Of a stretch of DNA of 64,000 nt, positions 52,135 to 59,853 are shown one piece after another. This DNA is from a virus. Each line of letters opens with the position of its first letter. The first letter of the stretch is position 1. The translations under genes were made by a program, and so were the position numbers. The stretch is from IMG/VR virus record IMGVR_UViG_3300037549_000096, one strand, 5' to 3'. The notes below the pieces were generated by a model, which saw nothing but the letters and a program-made list of their open reading frames with translations, had not been told where the DNA came from and ran no database searches.

Positions 52135-52390
52135 TTACGTAACGCACGAATCTGTTATTCCCAACGCTCTACCCTATTCTTGCGGCTAAGGGAATCTGAT
52201 TAAATGTGGCCGTTTTAGATACCGACTGTCGTACCAGCAATATCTTAGGAAAGAAACGGCCAAACCAAACGGCTCTAGAACCGTGTGCCTTTTTATAACG
52301 TTCATCAACCAAAGGCCATAAAACGTTGATTGAACGATTTGACACAGCTACAAAGAACATTGTCTTTATAGGTTACGTGTCAAATATCGT
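52135..52390 (-). ncRNA. candidate structured ncRNA (unassigned)
   Basis: Intergenic; stems ATTTGACAC/GTGTCAAAT, TGGCCGTTT/AAACGGCCA, ATTCCC/GGGAAT; long-range ACGTAAC/GTTACGT. Strand inferred from neighbours. Confidence 0.45.
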
Positions 52391-52905
52391 TATTCTGGAG
52401 GCCAACTACCATTATTTAAACCAAAAGCGCATTCTCGAATCGTATTAATAATTCGATCAGATAATTTTTGTTGAAAACCATCTGTAATCAAAACCGGCAT
52501 ATGCCATTGATTAATACCACATTTAAAATTAAGTTTATCTCTATATTTTGTATCTGTCAATTCGGTTAAATCTTTGCGAAGATAATATTCGGAAGAAGCA
52601 TTAATACGAAGTTTAATCAAACCGTTTGCATCAATAATAATTCCATACCAACGTCCATTACCTACACTTTGTCCAATAACAGCGGCATATAAAATCATTC
52701 TTATACCTGCGTTATGAACAATAGGATTAATCTTTTTAAAGATATATACACCTTCTGTTTCTGTCTTTGCGAAAACCAACTGATCATTTTCTTCTAGTTC
52801 TACTAGAAGTGGAGGAAGCGTAACTCTCCTTCCTTTTGTAACGTTTGCTCTATTTAGTTTTGTTGGTGTGAAGTTTGGGATCATCCCGACTCTGTTTTTG
52901 ATCAT
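52390..52905 (-). CDS. hypothetical protein (N-terminus AbrB-like)
   Basis: VTKGRRVTLP..LEENDQLVF resembles an AbrB swapped hairpin. Confidence 0.55.
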   Translation of the reverse strand: MIKNRVGMIPNFTPTKLNRANVTKGRRVTLPPLLVELEENDQLVFAKTETEGVYIFKKINPIVHNAGIRMILYAAVIGQSVGNGRWYGIIIDANGLIKLRINASSEYYLRKDLTELTDTKYRDKLNFKCGINQWHMPVLITDGFQQKLSDRIINTIRECAFGLNNGSWPPE

Positions 52906-52930
52906 ATAAGCTATGATCGCGCTGTCAGCT

Positions 52931-53185
52931 TTATTGCTGATCTTCTCCTATTCGATATACATTTAATTTTGGCGTAGATGGTTCATGGTATTGTTTTTTA
53001 GTTAATTCAAAATAATGATCGGATAACATTCTTGTAGTCACTTCATTAATTACTGCAAATTCTTCAGGAGACATAATAGTAGAAATTTCACCAATTCCTA
53101 AAATATTTAGTCTCAACTGATAATCATTTTGAGTAATATGAAGATTATTACCTAATAAAACACAAAATTCTAATGGCTTTTCCAT
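52931..53185 (-). CDS. hypothetical protein
   Basis: 84 aa; AAGGAG RBS. Confidence 0.6.
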   Translation of the reverse strand: MEKPLEFCVLLGNNLHITQNDYQLRLNILGIGEISTIMSPEEFAVINEVTTRMLSDHYFELTKKQYHEPSTPKLNVYRIGEDQQ

Positions 53186-53199
53186 ATAACTCCTTAAGA

Positions 53200-53480
53200 T
53201 AGAGGGCAGAATCTACACGCCTCATTCTGCGGTTTCCCATTTTTCGGCGTAGTTCCAAAATGTTTACCCTGTCAGTAAACATTAAGTGTAGCAGGGAAAT
53301 TCTTTTGCCTTTTATCGAGGTTGATAGGAAGGATTGCGAATCCACCTTATGATAAGCAAGTAACAATCGCCATTGTTACGCCAAATGAAATCATATCAAA
53401 TGGTCTACTTATTCTCGCCTAGTTTAATACTGCGTAGATACTAGGAAACTACTGTTTAGGTCTTATATCCAATCTAGGAA
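53200..53480 (-). ncRNA. candidate structured ncRNA with possible pseudoknots (unassigned)
   Basis: At least six hairpins; loop sequences CTACAC and CCCTG are complementary to adjacent GTGTAG and CAGGG. Confidence 0.5.
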
Positions 53481-53487
53481 TGCCTAT

Positions 53488-53563
53488 TGGATGAGGGACT
53501 TGGACTCGAACCAAGGAAAAGCAGGATCAAAACCTGCCGCGTTAACCACTCCGCCATCCCCCA
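53488..53563 (-). tRNA. tRNA-Gln(UUG)
   Basis: TGGGGGA/TCCCTCA acceptor, anticodon arm GCAGG-TTTTGAT-CCTGC, encoded CCA. Confidence 0.92.
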
Positions 53564-53569
53564 ACGTTA

Positions 53570-53985
53570 AAAGAACAGTTTTTCTTACTCTCGGATAAAC
53601 TGAAAAACCTCAATCAGAGATATTTTAATTGGCTCTGATTAGTTTCTTGTTTGCTACCCCCACGAAATAGCCTACGCACAATGTTCTATTAAAAAAGGCG
53701 CGATATGCTGTTTCCGACCAGAAGTAGCATACTCACTTCACGCATTCTCTAGGAATGCCTTGGAGATATTATGCTTAACGTGGATATAGTGGTTTTACCG
53801 TAAAGATGAACTACTTTTCCAACCAGTAAGGTAAGTAGCTGAAGGTTTTGTTCTATCTGGAGTGAAAGAAACCTACAAATAAGACTCCTTTCCGACTGAA
53901 ACTTTGGTGGGCCATCGGAACACCACTCGAAGGTGGGTGCATAGTATCAACCGCTTCTAGTTCTTGTTAAATAAGCTAGAAGGTT
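53570..53985 (-). ncRNA. candidate structured ncRNA (unassigned)
   Basis: ~400 nt with no ORF in the track, between tmRNA and tRNA-Gln; many hairpins (AATCAGAG/CTCTGATT, TATGCT/AGCATA, TTCCGA/TCGGAA, CTTCTAG/CTAGAAG). Confidence 0.4.
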
Positions 53986-53990
53986 ATGAT

Positions 53991-54416
53991 TGGTGGAGGT
54001 AGCGAGAGTCGAACTCGCGTCTTAGAAGTGCTTTGAGGTAATTCGTTCACAAGCTTAGTCTATTTTTATGACTGATTCTCTATATGGAAATTAGACAACC
54101 ATATTCAAGAAACTAACAGATTATTCTGTCCTAGTATACTGTTATCAACTAGGCTATACTTCTTTACTTGCTTTCGATCAAGTCTACTAACAAGTCTTTA
54201 ACGTGATGGTTATTGAAGACTAACCATTACACGCCTTCTTCTTTTGAAATTAAGCAGCCTTGAGAGCAACCATTTCAAAAGAAGGAACGAAGGAACCGAA
54301 GAAAGAAAATACATTCTTGGCGTTTAGTTTTTGATCGGCTTTTAACGCGGCCCACTGATCAACCTCGGCTTGCATTACGATCTTAGTTCACAACCAATCG
54401 AAACCGTGATACCCCC
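53991..54416 (-). ncRNA. ssrA: tmRNA; tag reading frame AKNVFSFFGSFVPSFEMVALKAA* at 54321-54250
   Basis: 5' GGGGGTA pairs with 3' TACCTCC-A-CCA with a G3.U wobble; GTTCGACTC T-arm; resume context TAAAC-GCC; tag ends in AA-stop. Confidence 0.93.
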
Positions 54417-54458
54417 GTTTCCTATTCATAATTCACGAATCATGAATAGGGGTGTAAT

Positions 54459-54599
54459 TTAGTGCTTGTGCATCTTGCTGTGTCCCGCAACCCGATTCTT
54501 ACCTTTGTAAGCCCCGGTACGAGTACGTTTGTGTCCTTCCTTCAGTTTCGACTTGTTGATCTTGTCGAATTTCTGAATTTTGTTTTTGTCGTAAGCCAT
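54459..54599 (-). CDS. small highly basic protein (46 aa)
   Basis: Manual: MAYDKNKIQKFDKINKSKLKEGHKRTRTGAYKGKNRVAGHSKMHKH; AAGGAGGT RBS. Confidence 0.65.
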   Translation of the reverse strand: MAYDKNKIQKFDKINKSKLKEGHKRTRTGAYKGKNRVAGHSKMHKH

Positions 54600-54669
54600 A
54601 GCTTACCTCCTTCATTTATAAAGCCAGAATTGGCTTCATGAATGAAGTTTGTCGTATCTCTTTTTCATA

Positions 54670-54927
54670 TTACTCCTTTGGAAGTTTACGATCTACTTCA
54701 ATTTCTACAACAATCAAACCAGAACCATCACAATCATAAGTGATATAGAATTTCCAGTTTCCTTTTTTCATATCATCTGTTAAAGTGTGAATTTCTACAT
54801 CATCCGATTCTCTTGCTGTTTCATAAGCTGAAATTTCGGCCCATTTCTTAGCTTTTTCTTCATCTGTAAAAATTTCCATATCCGAACCAGAATGTCTATC
54901 TTTCCAAATCACTCCAAATAGATTCAT
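54670..54927 (-). CDS. hypothetical protein
   Basis: 85 aa. Confidence 0.6.
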   Translation of the reverse strand: MNLFGVIWKDRHSGSDMEIFTDEEKAKKWAEISAYETARESDDVEIHTLTDDMKKGNWKFYITYDCDGSGLIVVEIEVDRKLPKE

Positions 54928-55019
54928 TTTTATCCCGCTTTCTGCCCCTTCAAGTATTAAGCTTACGGGGTTTGGAAGGTGTATCGTTGTTGTGCCAACG
55001 ACAACGAATTGAAAAAGAG

Positions 55020-55093
55020 CGCCTTTTGAGAGATTTGAACTCCCGATCTAGTGATTAACAGTCACTCGCTTTAAACCGCTAAGCTAAAAAGGC
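55020..55093 (-). tRNA. tRNA-Asn(GUU)
   Basis: GCCTTTT/AAAAGGC acceptor, anticodon arm AGTGA-CTGTTAA-TCACT; CCA not encoded. Confidence 0.9.
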
Positions 55094-55112
55094 ATTTGTA
55101 ACAGAAAAGAAA

Positions 55113-55188
55113 TGGTGGCCCCGCTGGGATTCAAACCCAGGACCAATCGGTTATGAGCCGATAGCTCTGATCGCTGAGCTACAGGGCC
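55113..55188 (-). tRNA. tRNA-Ile2/Met (CAU), probably lysidine-type Ile2
   Basis: GGCCCTG/CGGGGCC acceptor, anticodon arm ATCGG-CTCATAA-CCGAT, encoded CCA. Confidence 0.9.
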
Positions 55189-55497
55189 ATAATTTCTTCA
55201 TTTAACCGTCATTACTAGATTCCACTAGCCTATTCATTGAGTAATATCCTTCACCATGACAGCAAAGCCAATATAGGTTACGGTTGTGTGGAACTGTGAA
55301 CCTTAACGTAGTTCCCTTGAAGTAATCATACTAACGAAAGATTCTGTTATGTGACAGTATCTTTAAAGAAACAAAAAGTTCAATTTCCACTTTACAGTCC
55401 GTAAAGGAACTTTCAAAGAAAATCGGACTTACTTGTTAGCTGGGATTATCCATATCGAGTTTATCCATTTTTAGGATTAGCAAACACTAACGATCTA

Positions 55498-56640
55498 GTG
55501 ATTATTCTCTTAACTTCAAGAGCTTTTAAGCTTTCGCTAAAGACGATAATCCTCGTCTATGAATATTAATCGCTGCATTTAAATCTCGATTCAAAATAAG
55601 ACCACAAGAACATTCGTGATTACGAGTAGATAATATTTTATCTACTATCAAACCACAACCAGAACAAATCTTGGAAGTATTTCTCGGATCAACTAATATT
55701 ACCTTCTTACCAGCATTCTCAGCTTTGTAAGAAACGAATTGTACAAATTGATTCCATGCTACGTCTGCAATTCCTTTTTTGACTGCCTTCATATTTGTTT
55801 GTTGTATTTTGTCTATCGAAAGATTCTCAAACACAATTAAATCATATTTCTTAACTAAATTTAAAGCTTCTTTATGGCAAAAATCTTTACGCTTGTTGGT
55901 TGATTTTTCATAAATCTTAGATTCGATTATACGTTTTTTATTTCGTTCTTTAGACCCTTTAGCTAATGCTTCTCTTTTTCTAGATGCATTAGCTAGTTTT
56001 TTCTCATATTGCTTGAAAAATCTTTGACGTTGAATCGTGTTTCCATCTGACATAGTAGCGAAAGTTGTTAAACCTAGATCAATGCCTACTGTATTAATAA
56101 TAGATTTTTGTTCTACGTTTTCAAATTCACAACTGAATGTAGCAAACCATTTATTTGTTGAAGTTTTCTTAATGGTTAGAGTTTTAATCTTACCTTCTGT
56201 ACAACGATGGAGTTTTATTTTGAGATCACCAATAAATGTTAAGTTTAATTTATTATTTATTATTTTAAACCCTTTTTGTGTATAAGTAAAACTATTATAA
56301 CTACTTTTATTTTTAAATCGAGGATATCCTGGTTTCTCACCTAACTTACATCTACGGAAAAAAGATTTAAAAGCAAAATCAACTCTTCCTTGAGCGTCTT
56401 GAAGAATTTGAGAATAAATATTGTATAAATCTTCTTTATTTTCTTTCAATATAACAAGATTCATACGAATTTCAGATAAAGAAATACTTTTCTGATCTTT
56501 TTCCCATGCATTCTTACGTAGTTCTAGTGTTTCATTGTATACATATCTACATCCTTCTAAAGTCTCATCCATCTTACGGAGTTGCGACTTCGTAGGATAG
56601 ATTCGATATTGGAAGGATTTAAACATTTTAACTCCTAATT
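55498..56640 (-). mobile_element. non-autonomous IS200/IS605-type element (tnpB only); left end not defined
   Basis: Right-end-like hairpin after the tnpB stop, AAGCTCTT-GAAGTT-AAGAG-AATAATCAC, ending in TCAC at 55498; no tnpA in the window. Confidence 0.6.
55526..56626 (-). CDS. tnpB: RNA-guided endonuclease TnpB
   Basis: FQYRIYPT HTH, PGYPRFK, RuvC-I GIDLG, RuvC-II FENL, TSKICSGCG..CSCG, RuvC-III RDLNAAINI; catalytic D/E/D present. Confidence 0.95.
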   Translation of the reverse strand: MFKSFQYRIYPTKSQLRKMDETLEGCRYVYNETLELRKNAWEKDQKSISLSEIRMNLVILKENKEDLYNIYSQILQDAQGRVDFAFKSFFRRCKLGEKPGYPRFKNKSSYNSFTYTQKGFKIINNKLNLTFIGDLKIKLHRCTEGKIKTLTIKKTSTNKWFATFSCEFENVEQKSIINTVGIDLGLTTFATMSDGNTIQRQRFFKQYEKKLANASRKREALAKGSKERNKKRIIESKIYEKSTNKRKDFCHKEALNLVKKYDLIVFENLSIDKIQQTNMKAVKKGIADVAWNQFVQFVSYKAENAGKKVILVDPRNTSKICSGCGLIVDKILSTRNHECSCGLILNRDLNAAINIHRRGLSSLAKA

Positions 56641-56788
56641 ATTGGTATCCTATCACATATGAAGGACTTACTACGTAGCATTGTGACTTCTCTCTTGACC
56701 TAGTTCTTAGTGGTCTACAAACGAGATATTGTATCTACGCTAGGTGAATTAGCCAATCGAAGCTTTTGTCACATTGACTAATTCGGTG

Positions 56789-56873
56789 TGGTGCGGGTAG
56801 TCGGAGTCGAACCGACAAGCCTTACGGCGAAAGATTTTAAGTCTTTTTCCTTTACCAGTTTGGACATACCCGC
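56789..56873 (-). tRNA. tRNA-Leu(UAA)
   Basis: GCGGGTA/TACCCGC acceptor, anticodon arm AAAGA-CTTAAAA-TCTTT, long variable arm, encoded CCA. Confidence 0.93.
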
Positions 56874-56879
56874 ATTGGT

Positions 56880-57029
56880 TCACTTCTTAACTGGATTGTT
56901 CTTACGCCACCAAGCACTTGCCATTTCTTTAGCCATCATCGTCACTTGGAAACTCTCTTTTTCACGTTTCTGTTTCTTCGTGAGAATAATATTATTATCT
57001 TCTGGTTGTTTTGTGGTTTCTTCTTGCAT
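56880..57029 (-). CDS. small hypothetical protein (49 aa)
   Basis: Manual: MQEETTKQPEDNNII..WWRKNNPVKK; GAGG RBS; between two tRNAs. Confidence 0.5.
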   Translation of the reverse strand: MQEETTKQPEDNNIILTKKQKREKESFQVTMMAKEMASAWWRKNNPVKK

Positions 57030-57046
57030 GATATACCTCTAGAAAA

Positions 57047-57123
57047 TGGTACGCCTAGTTGGAATCGAACCAACGACCCCGAAATTAGAAGTTTCGTGCT
57101 CTATCCGACTGAGCTATAGGCGC
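57047..57123 (-). tRNA. tRNA-Arg(UCU)
   Basis: GCGCCTA/TAGGCGT acceptor, anticodon arm CGAAA-CTTCTAA-TTTCG, encoded CCA. Confidence 0.95.
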
Positions 57124-57151
57124 ATTTGTTCAAGTCGGTTAATAAATAGTT

Positions 57152-57457
57152 TTATCCTCTTGATGTTTTAGCATCTGCTTTATCTTTCAAAATCTTATGA
57201 AATATATCATTTGTTTCTGATGCTGTTAGAAATGCGTTTTTTACATTTTCAAGAAAAACCATTACTTCTTCTTTAGTAGATCCTACTTCAATCATGAAAT
57301 GTTTACCAGAAGCTTTATCTTGAAACTGCACACCGATCTTATTATCTCTAGTGATAACTGGACCAACAACGATGTTTATCATCGTGTGTGCATCCGAAGA
57401 AGACAACACACGAATCTTTCCTTTATTTCGTATTTCTGTTAGGAATGACTCTAGCAT
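57152..57457 (-). CDS. hypothetical protein
   Basis: 101 aa. Confidence 0.6.
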   Translation of the reverse strand: MLESFLTEIRNKGKIRVLSSSDAHTMINIVVGPVITRDNKIGVQFQDKASGKHFMIEVGSTKEEVMVFLENVKNAFLTASETNDIFHKILKDKADAKTSRG

Positions 57458-57458
57458 G

Positions 57459-57863
57459 TTATCCTCTCAAACGCATTTCTGCAAATTTCCCTTTATCATC
57501 AATGTATCTAACACGTTTTATGTTTGCTAGTTTTAGAATATTTTGACAACTCAAGCAAGGTTTAGAACATACTGGTTTACCTTCGTAATTTTCACGATAA
57601 ACATATACAATAAGATTATTTCCATTATCATAATGTTGCCGTTTAATAATAGCCGCATGTTCAGCACAGATATTATTACTAGTTCTTTTATTTTTAGAAT
57701 CTGGATGTGACTTTTCAAATATATTAAAACCTACACTTATGAGATTTGAACCGCTAAAGAGTGCAGCACCTAACATTCGTCCTGGCGTATTACCATTAGA
57801 ATAAAGCCTGACAGCTTTAGCGGCTTCAAATCCTCGTTTCCAAGATTTTATGATCTTCATCAT
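57459..57863 (-). CDS. cytidine / dCMP deaminase-fold protein
   Basis: GAALF..ISVGFN, CAEH and SKPCLSC zinc-binding motifs. Confidence 0.8.
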   Translation of the reverse strand: MMKIIKSWKRGFEAAKAVRLYSNGNTPGRMLGAALFSGSNLISVGFNIFEKSHPDSKNKRTSNNICAEHAAIIKRQHYDNGNNLIVYVYRENYEGKPVCSKPCLSCQNILKLANIKRVRYIDDKGKFAEMRLRG

Positions 57864-57991
57864 TTAACCTTTGTGTTCTATTAACATTATTTGAATGTCA
57901 AGGATTTGGTAGTTAGCCTAAACTAACTATCCTTAACCTTATATCAGTCATAGGAATTCTGCAAGCGGAATCTTAAATATTGTAGTTAAAT

Positions 57992-58216
57992 CTACTTAGT
58001 GCCACCGGAGCCAAAAGATCCTTCAGTTCCGTAACCACCCTTTTTTGATTCACACACAAGATTTCCTCTTTTTAGATCAATTTTAATGTGAGGATCAAGA
58101 TTTTCATTTAAAATTTCTTCAATTTCTTTCTTTGTTGGAATATGTCTACCTGGAAGCGTAAAAAATTCGATTAAATAATGTGTTTTCTTAATAGGTGGTA
58201 GCAATTCTACTTCCAT
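57992..58216 (-). CDS. hypothetical protein
   Basis: Likely start MEVELL. Confidence 0.5.
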   Translation of the reverse strand: MEVELLPPIKKTHYLIEFFTLPGRHIPTKKEIEEILNENLDPHIKIDLKRGNLVCESKKGGYGTEGSFGSGGTK

Positions 58217-58252
58217 ATAATACCCCTTCAATACTAAAAAAGAATTCAGCCC

Positions 58253-58435
58253 TTAACGGGCCTTATACTTTAATTGTTGTTGGTTAACAAGTTCATGAAT
58301 TTTTTGGCTCAAATACATCAGTCTCTTGGCTAGATTGTGTAGAGCAGTTTTATTCGTTATCATTACTAGTGGCGTCTTAGTAGCAATGACTACTATAAAA
58401 CTGAGGAACAATGCTTCTGTACAAAGTAAGAACAT
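58253..58435 (-). CDS. small membrane protein
   Basis: GGAGG RBS before MFLLCT; hydrophobic N-terminus. Confidence 0.45.
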   Translation of the reverse strand: MFLLCTEALFLSFIVVIATKTPLVMITNKTALHNLAKRLMYLSQKIHELVNQQQLKYKAR

Positions 58436-58495
58436 TTTTCCTCCGTGATTCATAAATAAACTTTCTCTTGCAATTATCTTATAACAGAAAATTGG

Positions 58496-59200
58496 TTATT
58501 TTAGCGTAGATTTTGTATTTAACTTCTTATCTTGCGAAAGTTTGATTTTATGTCCAGCTATTTGTCCTAATGCGTAAGCTTCAGCACGTATTTTTACTTC
58601 TTCGCTATAATTAATAGGTATTAAATTAGGATAGATTTCTTTTAATTTTTTAGCTGACTCTTCTGCTCTATTATTTACAGTAGCTACAGCAAAAGGATTA
58701 TTAAAATTATTTTGAGTTTCTGCTTTAGCTAATCGCAATCTTTTTAGAATAACTTCTACTGCTCCTAGAAACCAAGAATCTTTGTATGATTTACGTTTTT
58801 TATATAAAGGGTCTACACTTAATCTAAATAATTCAAGAGTAATATATGTAGTTAGATATCTTACAAATATAATATCTGAAGGTCTACCTACAATTTTCAT
58901 CATCGTATCGTGAACCCGAATAGCAGCACAACCATAAAGATGAGCAATTCCATTTGCTAATTTTGATTCCCATGCTTCAATATTAGGAGAATCAAATAAA
59001 GGTTCTTCATCTTGTACGATTTCTTCCTTTTGACCTGTCATCATTTCGATTTGGGTCATATCCAAACGATACTTCTCTAAAAGTTCTTCGGCCTTAGCTA
59101 ATGCTAAGGCCGCTTCGTTCTGATTCGCTGATTTTGATAACGCAAGTAGTTTTTGTACTTGTTCAATCACTTTTTGTTGTTCTGGAGAAAGCATGGTCAT
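58496..59200 (-). CDS. DUF2786-domain protein
   Basis: KVIEQVQKLLALS..NEAALALAKAEELLEKYRL. Confidence 0.8.
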   Translation of the reverse strand: MTMLSPEQQKVIEQVQKLLALSKSANQNEAALALAKAEELLEKYRLDMTQIEMMTGQKEEIVQDEEPLFDSPNIEAWESKLANGIAHLYGCAAIRVHDTMMKIVGRPSDIIFVRYLTTYITLELFRLSVDPLYKKRKSYKDSWFLGAVEVILKRLRLAKAETQNNFNNPFAVATVNNRAEESAKKLKEIYPNLIPINYSEEVKIRAEAYALGQIAGHKIKLSQDKKLNTKSTLK

Positions 59201-59468
59201 GATTAACCTCAATAATGACCATATTCATACCAGGAGGAATCATATCAGTCACAAGTGATCCGAAGTGGTCGTATTCTGGATGATGAATATGTGTGGCATT
59301 AGAAAAAGGATGAACAGTAATAAACCTACTTTTACCGTCAGGAAATTCACCAATAAGGACAGCCTTAATGGACTTGTCCTTATCTGTCATAGATTCAATT
59401 GTTTCTTGAATTGTTTTGTAGAGAAAGCCTTGATAAGTCAAAAAATCTTTTTCATCGAAGAAACGCAT
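59163..59468 (-). CDS. hypothetical protein
   Basis: GGAGG RBS; promoter-like TTGCAC-N16-TACAAT upstream. Confidence 0.6.
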   Translation of the reverse strand: MRFFDEKDFLTYQGFLYKTIQETIESMTDKDKSIKAVLIGEFPDGKSRFITVHPFSNATHIHHPEYDHFGSLVTDMIPPGMNMVIIEVNHDHAFSRTTKSD

Positions 59469-59516
59469 AGGAACCTCCCACTACATTGTATCGTATGCGG
59501 TATTTCGTGCAAGATG

Positions 59517-59786
59517 CTATTTTTCTAAATGAATGTCTCTTACAAGTTCTTCTGAAATAATGGCTTGTGTTGTGGTTCCATGTAAATCAGTGGTTATGCC
59601 TAAACGGTTATCATCAATACGGCAAATAATCTTGATTCGAGTATTTGTCTTAAGTACAAAAGTATGATCTATTTGGATAGGTTCTACCGTAGTCGCAAAA
59701 AGTTGTCTTTGTCTCGTAATGAGTTTTTCAGTTGATTTAATCCATTCTTTAAACTGTTTAAGAGAAAGAAAAGCTACTGTTGGCAT
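59517..59786 (-). CDS. hypothetical protein
   Basis: 89 aa. Confidence 0.55.
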   Translation of the reverse strand: MPTVAFLSLKQFKEWIKSTEKLITRQRQLFATTVEPIQIDHTFVLKTNTRIKIICRIDDNRLGITTDLHGTTTQAIISEELVRDIHLEK

Positions 59787-59853
59787 TATCTATTCCTTTT
59801 TCTAAATAAAAAGAAAACAAAAATTGGAATTCCTATAATGTAAATTAGATGCA

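Noticed and set aside
52135-52390. RNase P RNA call
   Set aside because: The conserved GAGGAAAGTCC segment is missing; kept only as an unassigned ncRNA candidate.
51932-53366. Track ORFs 51932-52147, 52169-52360 and 53148-53366 (also 56788-57042)
   Set aside because: They overlap tRNAs or structured RNA candidates and lack convincing RBS or protein features.
57992-58060. dUTPase from the C-terminal GSFGSGG
   Set aside because: ORF is only ~75 aa and lacks dUTPase motifs I-IV.
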